From NCBI RefSeq assembly GCF_006345805.1, contig NC_042998.1, forward strand, positions 174,096,001 to 174,160,000: 64,000 nt of DNA. The letters are read 5' to 3'. A model generated the notes under the pieces. That model searched no databases and was not told the DNA's origin. It saw nothing but the letters and a program-made list of their open reading frames with translations. Shown in pieces: positions 1-12,924 of this stretch. The first letter of the stretch is position 1; every line of letters begins with the position of its first letter. The stretch is from Octopus sinensis. Its lineage: Eukaryota. Both the position numbers and the translations under genes were made by a program.

Positions 1-968
1 TGTTCAGGTCGTTTGGGAAAAGTTGGCGGTATATTCTCCACATCGTACAAATGATGTACCGCTCACGGCGACGCTGGAGAGAGTAGAGTTTCAAGGCTTT
101 AAGGCGATCCCAATAATCGAGAGCAGCCATGCCTTCAATTCGTTTAGTGAGTGCTCTCTGGGGTGATTCAATCCTCGAGATGTTTTGTCTTGTATGGGGA
201 GACCACAGTGGGCAGCAGTATTCGAGGTGTGGCCGTACAAAGGAGGAGAAAATTGGTATGATGACACCTTGTTCTCTGGACTGGAAAGGTCTTAAGATCC
301 AGGAACTCATCCTACGAGCTATATCGACCTTCTTGTTGAGGTGTACACTCCAACTGAGATCGTCATCAACAATTACACCCAGGTCGCTGATATTGTTAGA
401 GGCTGTGAGCGGTTCCCCTGAAGGAAGAGAGTATGGCTGTTTTAGTGAGGAATTTCTTCCAAAATACATCAGATCAAATTTTCCCTCATTCAGTTGTATT
501 TTGTTTCTGTCTGCCCATTGACTCACAGCATATAGATCAGACTGGAGTTGAGTTCGGTCTGCTTCTTCATTGACGATTTGCTGGAGCTTAGTGTCATCAG
601 CAAATATTTTCACTTTGCAGTAATGTACGACACTGGAAAGGTCGTTTATGTAGATTATGAAGAGTAGCGGACCCAAGACAGTCCCCTGGGGGACACCGCT
701 GGTGACTTTTTACTGGGCTTGAGTGGACTCCATCAACTACAACATGTTGTGTTCTATTCGCCAGGAAACACTTGATGCAGTGTAGAACTTTTCCACGGAT
801 TCCAACATTTGCCAATTTTGAGAGTAGGATATTATGGTCTACCCTGTCGAACACTTTACTGAAGTCAAGGTATATGACATCAGAGTTCGAACCTGTTCCC
901 AAGGCTTTGAGTACATCTTCAATGTGGTGTAAGAGCTGTGTTAGACAGTCCCTGCCACAGCGAAAGCG
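1..968 (-). mobile_element. Non-LTR retrotransposon (CR1/L2-like) reverse transcriptase fragment, frameshifted, runs off window start
   Basis: Minus-strand translation gives DVIYLDFSKVFDRVDHNILLSKL...RTQHVVVDG, then after a frameshift near 710 SGVPQGTVLGPLLFIIYINDL...KIFADDTK...DLGVIVDDDLSW...FVRPHLEYCCPLWSP...LYSLQRRRER. These are RT core and C-terminal motifs of CR1/L2-type LINEs. Confidence 0.9.
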
Positions 969-2222
969 ATACATAAAAAGTAAAAGAAATATATCCTTGT
1001 TTCTTTTTTTGTTTTGTTTTTTTTTTACCTCAAGACTACAGATATAAAAAATATCAATATCCATATTGATGCAACACGTATTTTGTCAGTGAACAGGTCA
1101 AATGTTCTTGATTTGTTGCAAGATTTAAAAGAAATATATAGAGATATACACTATATTGTAAATGTCTATAGTGATATCTGAAATCGTACTCTTTATATAA
1201 TAAATTCTTAAATATTTAACTGTCAAACTCTCAAACTTGTACTTCTTTAAATATGGCATAAAACCTCAGAAAACCTATTTTACGCAAGTAAGTTGTCACA
1301 CAAAAGGAGAATTTGTGATAAAAATTCTATTCAAATCATTCTGAATCAGCAGTCCCCTCTAGGAGGACAAAACAATTCTTTATCATTTGTATTTCCAAAT
1401 AGCTCGCTCTAGATATGTGTTTATATAATGACGAGGAATGAATACACTGGTATTTGCCTGCGGTCTAATGTGATATCAACTGATACACTAGTTTTCTCTT
1501 CAGATAATAAGAAGTGAATTCACAAATAATTACAGATAATAAGTATTAGTGAGAATAATTTACAAAAATGGAATTGGAAACAATGTTTAAGTCATATTTC
1601 TCTACTTCATAGTCACACAACTTGCGTAAGATTTGCAAAATATATCAATAATCTATAGCGAAATAAATATTTAGCCTATTTATTTCAATACAATATCCAA
1701 GACATTCAGTTCAAAGCGTCTTTTTATTCATCGGTTGTCAGCAAGTAATGCATTGTTAACTAGTAATACATAAATAGACACCGATATATGAAGCATCAAG
1801 AGACCGGGGAGTCCCTCTGTAATTACCCGTTCTACAAAAGTTTGAAACCAGAATTCCATCATATCATACACTACTAGCTTAAAATTATAAACAAAAACAA
1901 AGAAAAGACATCGAATAAAATAGTTCAATATATACCACCTAAAGTATAGACGGAATGTTCATGACTGAAATACCTTCGATCAAAGAAAGGTTACACATTC
2001 AGAGCTGATCTAGAGTTTGTAGAACGACTGTGCGAAAGGAGAGGTGACGCATCAATGACTCCTTTAATACATCGCACGGTTGCTAACAATAAAAGCAAAA
2101 AATGGATAAATGAGTATGAGTGCCAGAAGGAAAAGTAAGACGACACAACCGTAGAATGTTAAAAGAAAGGGTTTTATTGAGATGTTAACATGTGTGTGTC
2201 TGTGTGTGCAACATAATTACAT

Positions 2223-2264
<42 letters not shown>

Positions 2265-2295
2265 GACAGGCCGCCATGCATACATAAAGTGTATG

Positions 2296-2981
2296 TGTGT
2301 ACAAACAAGTGTTTATGCGTGTGAGATAAAATACAGAGCATAGAAAGAGTCTATAACAGGACGCTAGAATTTCAGACACAATGAAGATAGATACCAGTTC
2401 GTAGTAAGGTACACAATAGTTGAAGTACTGTAACAAGATGTTGTGGCTACAATGCAGAGCCGGTTGAAGCACGTGCCGTGTAAGCGGTTGTGGCTACAAT
2501 GCAGAGCCGGTTACTTGATACAGGAAGATCTCGCAGGTTGTACTTTCTGTTAACCACGGTGAAAAATAATTCACAAACCGTGAGGAGTTGGGCCTGAGTG
2601 AATTTTGAGGTGTACGTAGAGATGTTGTTCGCGATGTTAAGATGAAGGCGACGGAGATGGAGGTCCTAAATGCTGCTGGTGTTGTCTGTCGCTGGAACTG
2701 GCTCTCTGGTCAGTGGTTAGAACTTAGAAGGTCTAGAACCAAAGACGAAATACGGTGAATCGCTGAAGTTTTATAGCAAATTATCGGCTCAAACAGAGCT
2801 TTAGAAAAACTGTGTCACGGGACCCTATCAGAAGTTTGCGATTGGTTGGATTGCATATTGGCGCGTAATAGAGGAAGAGACAAATTGCGCCAATACCAAC
2901 CAATCAGAGTAGTGGACACAACAGGGTCCAGGTGACCGAAGGTTAGCTGTTATCTGCTACGTCCGTATTTATGTTATATAT

Positions 2982-2984
<3 letters not shown>
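2296..2984 (-). mobile_element. Putative solo LTR / LTR-like repeat
   Basis: Block is more GC-rich than its flanks and bounded by TG...CA on the minus strand. It has CCAAT boxes at 2840-2906, CTATAAAA (minus) near 2770-2777 and an internal 26-bp direct repeat. No TSD identified. Confidence 0.35.
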
Positions 2985-3022
<38 letters not shown>

Positions 3023-3789
3023 TCACTAAGCGTACGCTACAAGTTAAATTTTGGCAATAATGTTAAGAAAATCAATACATTTATTCGACTCAACAAAGGC
3101 GAGTTCACCTGGTTGTTTGACTAGCTAGAAATAGCAACCAAATCTTTTTCAAGCCATATCTTGCCGTCTAAAATGCTACACTTTGAATAAAGTTGTCCGG
3201 TGTACGCTATGTCTGAAAAAGATGCGATGGTCGTAGATGGAATGACTTTGGCCATACGTCTGCTCATTCAGGAATGACTGGGAGCCAATCAATAACAACA
3301 TCAATTTTAGTAAAAGACAGCTCTATCAAAATATAATAGATAGAGATTTGTATAAAGTGAAGCATAACTATCCATATCACTTTCACTGATCGTGGATCTT
3401 TACTGTTTCATTCACGATGACCAAGTTTTCTCACTAAGTTTTCTTCACTAATATGATTTAGCATTCTAATTACGAAGATTACATTCAGTTTCGATACAGT
3501 CATAATAAAAAAAGTTATAATCATGTAAACTGTGACGACTGGTGTATCGATAATAGAGTGTTTCGGTTGGCTCAAATCTCAACATATGAAGTTTTGTAAT
3601 TTTTATTATTACTGTGTATCAAAAATGAATGACACTTCGTAATTAGCATGCGAAATTAAATGTATCGAACATTTGAATTAAATCAGACACTACGAATGAA
3701 ACGACAAAGACTGTAAACCATTACCCGCATTACATGCTACTTTATATGTTAATTTATATATTTTATTTTTTATGACATTTTCTAGCATA

Positions 3790-3960
3790 GACATAAGTCC
3801 TGAAATTTGAAAGGAGGGGTCAGCCAACCCAAATACTTGACTGGCAGTTTATTTTATCATCCTCAAAAAGTCGAAAAGTAAAAGTTGTCCTTGGATAGAT
3901 TTGAACTCAGAATGTTAAGAGCCGGACCAAAGCATTTTATATGACAATCTAACTACCACT
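3790..3960 (-). mobile_element. Degenerate Nin-domain tRNA-SINE
   Basis: Diverged match to the copies at 45887 and 57097 (tttatcatcctc...aaagttgtccttggatagatttgaactcagaatgt). Confidence 0.6.
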
Positions 3961-4592
3961 TTTTTGCCAATTTCAGACTTAAAGCGGGGGATAAATGAGA
4001 TTTTGTACTGTTAGTATTGTCAAACTTATTTGGATTATCTTATGAAATAAATTTGTACAACCAAGTATAAAAATGTAGCTTCTATCAGAACTAGGCGAGT
4101 TAGCAAGTGCACTACGTGACTAAATTTTTCAAATGTATGAGTATCTGAAAGCTTTTCTTTTTTTTTTTTTTTTTTTGGTTACTTTTTAACAGTACTAATA
4201 TGAAGCTTTTAAAAATTGACGCTGAAGTTACGTTTCAACCAATAAATCACACAGTAAGCCATCTTGTTCACACAACTCATGTGGTTAAGATTGATTGTTT
4301 CGTATCTTAAGGTGTGTGTGTGTGTGTATGCGTGTGTGTGTGTGCGTGTGTATGTGCATGTGTGTGTGTGTGTGTATGTGCGTATGTGTGTGTGTGTGAC
4401 TCTGTTCTGTATCTCATTTCAGTAAATGAACATGTTGCAAAAATGTAAGTTGAAGAGTTTATAAACCTTACTGGGCGAAGGTGAGAGACCCTGTCGAAAA
4501 AGACCAAGTCATCAATAGTAGATACAAGCAAGAAAAGGAAACGGCAAATATTATGCAAGAATATAGAATGATTTCCTACATATAAAATATTC

Positions 4593-5016
4593 GGATCTTT
4601 TCGGTTTGAACGGCAGTTTTTAACATAATTTCTAGGTAACTAAAAAATTTTAAACTTCGTATTCTGATAGAATGTGTTTATAAAACATCTTTTTCTCTCG
4701 GCTTTATTGAGAAAATTCTATAGTTTGTAAGATATTTGTTGTTATTTATTTCTTCAATTTCTGCAATTTCAACCAATTGAGGTAAAAAAAAACATTCTGT
4801 GCCGTATGAATATTCCCTCGTTTAAGAAACAGATTCGGTTTATTTACATTTGTGAAGAATAAAAGATACCCTTCCCCCCACCCCTAACCCTAACCTTAAC
4901 TAACCCTAACCCTAAAACAGATTGAAATGAAATAGATTGATACTAGGGTCATAATTATGGGTGACAATTTCATATGACACCGCTAGAAAAAACTGCCGTT
5001 CAAACCGAAAGGATCC
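4593..5016. mobile_element. Merlin-type MITE (non-autonomous DNA transposon) with 8-bp TSD
   Basis: About 29-bp TIRs, GGATCTTTTCGGTTTGAACGGCAGTTTTT / AAAAACTGCCGTTCAAACCGAAAGGATCC. Identical 8-bp direct repeat AAATATTC at 4585-4592 and 5017-5024. GG termini with 8-9 bp TSDs are Merlin/IS1016 hallmarks. Confidence 0.8.
4881..4915 (+). repeat. Short imperfect (CCCTAA)n telomere-like tract inside the MITE
   Basis: cccctaaccctaaccttaactaaccctaaccctaa. Confidence 0.85.
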
Positions 5017-7289
5017 AAATATTCTCTTTTTATATATCAATTGTTATATTTACCAAATTGAAACACAAACACTGACACACAGCACAATCACACACACACA
5101 CACACACGCACACACACACACACACACACACCACAGAAACACATGCACGCATAATAATCCCCACAATGAACTCGACTTAAAACAGTTGAATACAAATTCT
5201 TGTATGAAAAGAAACGCGTAACAGAAAATATTCTGAAATGAAAACAACGTAGAAGTTCAACAATAATGATAAACAACAGAAAAATGTAAAGGAACATCGT
5301 GGGCGTAAAAATAATAGTTGGTAACATATGGTCCGAACAAAACCTTAATAACTATGTTTATTGCTACGAAACAATTTATATAATTAACAAATGTTTATTG
5401 TTTTCAATAATTAGCATTTTGTTCAATGGGAGATATTTTCTATAGATTTCAAGACCAGCGAAGATAACTGCAGCAATAAAATACCTTGCCACAAGCAATG
5501 CAACCAGTGCAAACAATATGTAACACATATCTAAAATCTGTAATTTAAAATCTTAAGCTTTTTTTTTCTTTTACTCTTAATTATATGATTCCTCAAACTG
5601 AGATGTTCTAATTAATTTGCGTGTTAAGCGCTTATTTTTATTGTATGGTGTCCTTTCTAAGATTATTATTTTTGTTGAAGATTTCATTGTGATAAGAATA
5701 TGGACATGCTATAAAACTCCTGTTTTTCTATTTTATTTTCACATATTTAATGATTAGGGTTATATTTTGTATATAATTTTAGATTTGTAATCGACACCAT
5801 TAATCAATATTGGATTAACCAATGCACTCAGTTTTATTCAAGTAAAATATGTTTTCTTCAAGGAAAATATCCTGATATTTTACGCGTTGTAGTTATCATT
5901 AGCAGCTAGTAATAAAGGGAATGACAATCATATGAAGCATCAAGAAACTTGATCGACTGAGTATAATCTTAGTAAAAAGCAGCAAAATTTCCCTCGAATC
6001 ATACTCTACTGTCCTATAATAAGAAAAAGAGGTTCAAGCATTAAACAACATGGCCCTAGAGACACAGTTTGAAATAAGCGCGAGATATCTCTTGCAGGAC
6101 TGCTTCTGATTGTAAATCAGTTCATTGAGAGCTTACCTCTGGATAAACAACAATAATAACAAGGTCAACAAATTCCAGCAAGGAAATTCGTACCCTTTCG
6201 TTCAAATAAGAAAGAGAGTTGCCACTGAGTCTCTAGAAATATTTGTCAAATCTCCCTCAATTCATATAGTACTATCATATAAAAAAAGGTGGGAAGGAGA
6301 ATTTGGATAATGTATTTCTTGATATACCATACAGGAAAACAAGAGTTGGTGATCACCCTTAGAATGCTTTTGAACATAGGTTTGACGCGGGCCTAAGCAA
6401 CAAAGAAAGCGGCCAAAGAATGACCTTTATGATCGCTACTACAGTTGTTAGTGCAGTGGTTTTTATCTCTTCAACTAAATTCTTGCCATCTTTTAAAATG
6501 GAGAAATTGTGCTTAATTTCTAAGTTAGACAATAACAAAACATTATGGCCACAAGTTGAAATGCTAATCAAATACTACGGCGCCATATTTTAGGTGCCTG
6601 AAGCAAAAATATTCGAGGACATTGTCAATAAAGGTTATGTAGAATGTCATTTAATAACTAAACTACCAAAGAATCAGTAAACATATATGAATTACACTTA
6701 TATAGAAATTTTAACAACGTTAAATGATTCCACTCAATAGCATTGGTACATTTTCTTATTCTAAAACTAATATTTCTTTTCGGTGAATAAATATACATTA
6801 AGAAAGTGGCAATCTAACGATGCTTGTTTTAAGTTAACTTAAAAATGTTGATATAGACCATATAAGCATATGTACACTCTTTTCGCTTAAGACATTTTAT
6901 TCTAAATATCTCTGGCCAGCTAGCTGTAGGAACAGGTTCTACACCGTACTGGAATTTCGATTGTAGCTAATAAACACCTTTACGATACTAGATAACTTAT
7001 AGCGAAATTTAGCTGTTGGCCAAACATCTCTTCTCATTCAGATGCAAACTGACGGGGGAAAATATAAAAGTTAATAGATATGTGATAAAAGACGGAGCAA
7101 AGTAGATTCTTCGAGATCATCCGACATCAACAAGTAACTGATCTGATATCAGCAGGAGTCAAATATGGTAGGACTTTGATTGAACAAGGTGGGGGAAAAC
7201 CTATTATAAAGAGAAAACTGTTTAATATAGGTTTTTGCAGTTATTTTCGTACGTTTGTCATTCAATTTGATAATCGGGTCATTCAAAGG

Positions 7290-8760
7290 AGCGGGAGCAG
7301 ATCTCTTGGCCCCTTTAATCAGGCTTCAGTTGCAACAATAACATCCAATTTCCGTGCCCTAACGTCATTTAGGAAACGCCCTTGCTTCGACGTTAGGCCA
7401 CGTACATTTATACAACCAACGTGAATAGTCATTAAGTCTTTCCTAGTAATTGGTGGTGGGGGGCGGAGGAGAGTCTCTCTCTGTTTCTTTTTCCCGGTCT
7501 CGTGGGATTGAAGAAAGTAGGCCCTCGTAAATTTGAGACAACAAATCCAACATCAGAGTGCTCACATCATTTCTGTAGTCGTTTGCCAGAATATTATAGT
7601 TCTTTTGGTCTATGCGGTATACCGCAATATTGTCTATACATTTCTCTTCAATCTGCTTGACATAATTGCCAAGCGACCGCCACGTAATACTCCTCTTATT
7701 TGTTTTTGCTGTTTTTTTATTAGCTTTTTTAATCTCTATTTTTCGGGTTTTTCTGAGGATGGTGGTTTTATTTTATTTTCTCGATGTTGCCCATCCCTCC
7801 TCCTCGTTGCTGTTTATTGGCGTCATGCTACTGCTTTCTCCAGTTTCGCTGCTCTCAGGCATTGTGGTTTCTTTTACCAGTACAACCTCCTCCTTCTCTT
7901 GAGCAGGGTTGCACTCTGCTCTGATGTGGGCTTCCGGCCTTCCACCATCACTATCAGTCGGCTTTCCACCACGTGCAATACCTCAGAAATTTCCTCTAAG
8001 GCTTATATCGTCATTCTTACGCTTTGCTCCTGCCAGTTTTTTTTCTCAGTCGCCACTGCTTCTAGCAGTGTTATTTTCTCCTCTAGGTCCAACATTACAG
8101 CTGTCACTAACCACTCTGGATCATCCACCGGTGGCACATTGTTACTTCTTATTCGGGATGTTCTCCTCCCCATACAAATGGGCAGGAGAATCACCTCTTC
8201 TGTTCTTAAAGGATCCACCGAATGGAGCCTTGCCTTTTCTGGAGACTCCATTCTGACTTCTACAGTCACGAACCTCTTACCTCTTGTGAGGTAATTAATG
8301 TCTCTCCCCATCGGCTGAGGACATTTTCCAATTTCTGTTTGCTTTTTACGTGGTATCTCTTATATACCACTGTCCTTTTCATAACATCTTCAGCTAAGCT
8401 TTCCGGACAGGCTACTTTGACTCCCGTCCCCTCCTTGGTGAGCATGTATTTGTACTTGTGTAACTCCTCCGTATTTAGTTTTCTCACTTTATTGCCATCT
8501 ACCGATGCAAAATTCAGTTTTTCTGCTCTACTTGTCGACTCGTCAGTGGCTAGATTTGCCACCTCAATGTTCTTTCTAATACTATGCTTCTATGGTGAAC
8601 CATTCTCTTTTACCGACTCAACCTCCAGTTTTCTCGGTGATACATTTCTACGGATAGTTGCAAGTGACTCACCGGTTGATGTGCTCGGTACACACTTTTC
8701 TTTGACATTTTCTTTAAAGTTTTCATTAATATTCTTTAATATTCTTTTTTGGTGACAGTT
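7290..8760 (-). mobile_element. Tx1-clade LINE relic: ORF1 plus start of ORF2 endonuclease, 3'-truncated
   Basis: KLNFASV...EELHKYKYMLTKEG...RTVVYKRY and RFVTVEVRMESPEKARLHS...EEVILLPICMGRRTSRI align with ORF1 of the element at 34.6 kb. MTIHVGCINVRGLTSKQGRFLNDVRARKLDVIVATE (ATG at 7432) aligns with its APE start (LGCINIRGL...QGYLLNDLRSHRLDVVVITE). The 5' boundary is uncertain and may extend to about 9600. Confidence 0.85.
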
Positions 8761-11700
8761 CTAGGGTATTCAGGGTTTCTATGTTGGAACAATACGGCCA
8801 CACGCCTGAAAAAAGTATTCATAATTTTCGGCTTAACGCCGCACAGAACAATATTTTTTAAACACAGTAACAAAACTAATACCCCCCCCTTGCGCGGGGG
8901 AATTAACAACAAATTACTTTTAAAAAAGCAATAACAGTTTTTACAACAATAAAGACAACAAACAACTATAACGATAGCAATCAAGCTCTCCTTCAAATAA
9001 CACAGCCAAAGTAATCCAGCCACCAAAAAAACACCATGTTGCAATGAAAAAGACTTGGATTTTCTATTACCTACAAGGAGTCACATAGAGGAGACAATAC
9101 AAAATATATGGGGACAAAAACAAAGGGAAAAAATCGAAAACTGTATGACAGCAAGATGAGATGAAAAATGAAAAATTGAAAAATGTATTGAAGCTTTTCA
9201 CCCCCATCTACGAGCGGCTTTATTTATACTTTACTTCTATCTGAGTTCCAGCAACAATGTTAGTTTTGTATTCCGTAATCTATGTAATCTGGAAGCTCAC
9301 TTATATCCATTTTTATCTTCTAATATTTAAATCCATCCTTGTATTCCATTACTTTTGCTAATTGCTCCTGGGTCACCAGCAAGCAACTATAGCACCCTTG
9401 TATATTGGTATACGCTTTTGAACCCACTGTAACCGTGTCTTCCCAAGTGCTCAATTCTTTGACGAGTTCCTCATTTGACTTGTCATATAGCACTCCATAG
9501 TTATTTTTTCCTCGGCCAAGGAAGGGGAAGTTTGGGGGTTCTTGTGTGTATGTGCTCTTCTTGGTTTTGGAGGGATGTGGGGAGGTTTGCTGTTTTTAGG
9601 GAGAGGATGGAGCAATGAAATATTTTTAAAAAGTTAATCATTTTAATCCTGGCAGAGTACAACATTTGCAGAAGAGAAAATGGAACAATAAATCTTTAAA
9701 TCAAATAATTTTTAAAGTTTTATTTCAATTTAAATTACAACGTTTTGATTAAATCATTCCACTCGTTTCTAGATTAAATACAAGTTTTTTAGCATCAGAT
9801 GCAATACACAGCTGGAAATTACCATGCATTCATTTCGTTCTTTCCATGTCGAGATGAAAATTTAACTCTTGTAAAATATCCAGTAAGGAATTAGGAAAAT
9901 AGCAGATATGAAGTCTGGCGAATAATGCTTTCAAATGAATATGCTCTTATTTAATCTGCATGCATCCATTTCATAGTAAAACCTAACATACTAGCCTATT
10001 TCTTCCAACCTGACTTAAAACAACTTTTTACCTACCATGTTCTAATTTCGTGTTTATGAATAAACAAAGGACAACTACTAAAGACATAACCAAATGAAAT
10101 TCTCGGTAACCTGATTACTACTAGGAATTATTGATATGAATAGGCCTGCGTGCATCCTTTCATTATCACAATTTTGGGGGAAACCACATTGAAACACAGA
10201 ATATGAATAATATTTTTAATTAGCAGGTTGTCTTATTATTATAGATAAATATCTACCGGAACTATTTCAGCTGATGTATTCTTTATCTAATGCTTTTAAT
10301 TTCAATGTCATTTTAGATCAAATCATCATATATGGAAAATTACGTAATTGAAACCAGGAATATACTGTCAAATTTACAATAACGGCTGATAAATTAAGAT
10401 CTTTGTATAGATTTTAATACATCTCAGTTGGAGATGAAAATCAATAAATATTCTTTACAACCAACAAATTTACCTCTCCAAACGTTTAAGAAAATTTTGG
10501 ATGTGTTCGCAACAAATTCTAAATAGAATCTTGAAAATAAGAAGATATTAACTTGTTCTATCTTAAAACATGTAACCCAATCTTCAATTCTAGCTTTACG
10601 TTAAATAATGGTAACTGTTTAAAGCTAGTTAGTTATATTTCTCGGGTATATATGTGCATTTAGATTGATCCATACAGCATTTCTAAACCCGTTATCTACG
10701 TGCATTCATCTGAATAAAAGATATGTTGTAAACAGCTGCTAAATCTCCTTTAAATCACATCATACCGTCTTAAAGAAAGAGATAAGGGTACAGTGGAAAA
10801 TGTAGTATCTTATATACAATGGTACTGGATAACCACGACTGGAACTACTATGATTGAAGGACTATACAATCAGGGCCAAATGAAACTAAATAACAACTTT
10901 AACAACAAACAAATTCATATATATTAAGAAAAATTTGAAAACAAATTAGAGTGTAATCTTGAGTAAAACTCACTTATGCCGTCAAAAGATAATGCGTCTT
11001 GGGAATAACGTACTTTCTGTGTTTACGATATTGTTGATGATTCTGTGGTGGGTTTGATCACAAATTTCATACAGTTAAAGGGAGATGATTACACTTGGCA
11101 ACTGGTTTCAATATATCTTTAGATTTCGGCGTTCATAATGTATTAGATTGTCCTATATAATTTGCACAACTCGTGTGTTGAGATCAAGTATAAATCCATT
11201 TCAATTATTTCTTTTGTACCCTACGGCAGAAAAGCATTCATTGTGTTTTTAAAAAAATAGATGGCACTTGTAGGATACAAAAGAGAATATTCGAAATGTA
11301 TTTTCATCGATTTATCAAAATTTTAGAATTCTGTAAATATGTTGATATTAGTTACGCTAAGTAAATAAGAAAACATTTTTGAATGTATTTCTATTTGTTT
11401 TGTCTTTAGTTAGAAATGCTGTCGAATGCACTCCACAGCCATATTGATTTAGGTAAATTCGAACTCACTCCCAAAATATAAGGAGCAAGATATTAAAGCA
11501 TAAGTTATTAGAATTTATTGATCCACGTGTTATCTTTTGATGGTGTTGTTTGTATAAAGTCAGCTGGGATTGAGTAAGAATCGACTTTGAACACGTTCCA
11601 GCCGTTATCAACCTACTATTTTTCCCAGCATTGTACAATATAGAATAACTCTCGGCTCATAATTTTTCATGTCTAGTAAGTCGAGCGGCAAAAGTTGTGC

Positions 11701-12779
11701 AGTGACATTATTACTATTAGTAGCATGGCGTGGATTAGGGGAAACAATAGAGTGACAGACAAAATGCCTTGTGATATTTAGTAATGCCCGCTTACATTCT
11801 CAGCTCAAATTCCACTGTCAACTTTCATCAGTTTTCGGCTAAAAGGTTAGTTTCAGAACTTAGCTGTAATGATTCAAATAATTTGCATGGTATGTGTAGA
11901 AGAGCACCGTGAACAAATCTAATCAATATTTATTCACAAATAAGCATTATGAGAAGCCTATGATAACTTTAAGCTACTGTTTTTCCTTTTGTGGTTTTCG
12001 TTGTGAAACATTAAATATCTTATTTCTCTCGACTCATAAGAAGCCACAACTCCAAAGACAAGTGGAACTCATAGTCAGGCAATTTTGATAGGGCAATCGC
12101 AAGCTAGACGCAGTTGAACGTCTTAGTGAATTTAAGAACAACAGCACCGATTTTACCAATTCTCTCTAAATATAAAATCCGCATATATACCTTAAATATT
12201 TTCAATGACAATTCTACGCTAATAATGAGATCACGGGAATTAAATGCGATTAATCATGAAAACAGTCTATGCAATAATAAATAAGGTGGCAAATAAATTT
12301 TCTACAAGAAACATTAAGAAACAACAGCAGATAGGAATATTTCAAAGACAATATCATTTGTAAACCGACACCATGTTTTCACAATATATTTTGAGCATAT
12401 AAAGGCAAAAACATAATTGTGTGTGCTAATATTTTACACTTTTAAACATATTTTGGTAAGATTTTACTTTAAAATATGTTTTATGTCGGTTTTATATTTC
12501 GGTACATAAAACAATGTTTCAAAACCAATATAAAAACCAATAGCAAATAAGGGCCTCAAGGCTATCACTACCGTTTAATATTTGTTATCGATTTAAACTT
12601 GACTCTCTATATTTTCATGCAAACAACTTTAAAAAAACATGTAAACATATTTATCGGTTATTCCTTATTTACGAATAGCTCACCTCCAACTAAAATGGCA
12701 CAAATAAACGATTATTCATATTCAATGTACTTCATTATGTGTATGGAGGATATATATATGTATATATATAGAGAGAGAG

Positions 12780-12866
<87 letters not shown>

Positions 12867-12870
12867 CAGA
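12780..12870 (+). repeat. (GATA)n microsatellite
   Basis: Seen directly. Other (GATA)n tracts at about 14876-14935, 52977-53063, 55241-55306 and 63520-63645. Confidence 0.95.
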
Positions 12871-12924
12871 TATATGCGCTTCTATATATGTAAATGTACT
12901 CAGGTAAATATATATATACATATA

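Noticed and set aside
129-521. 130-aa plus-strand ORF
   Set aside because: Antisense shadow of the LINE RT.
2440-2512. 26-bp direct repeat with a 21-bp spacer (CRISPR-like spacing)
   Set aside because: Only two units, in eukaryotic repeat DNA with no cas genes.
7533-8755. Long plus-strand ORFs (253 aa, 177 aa)
   Set aside because: Antisense to the Tx1 ORF1 relic; shadow frames.
10970-11235. Good acceptor/donor pair on the minus strand
   Set aside because: All three frames contain stops. Cannot be supported as an exon without RNA data.
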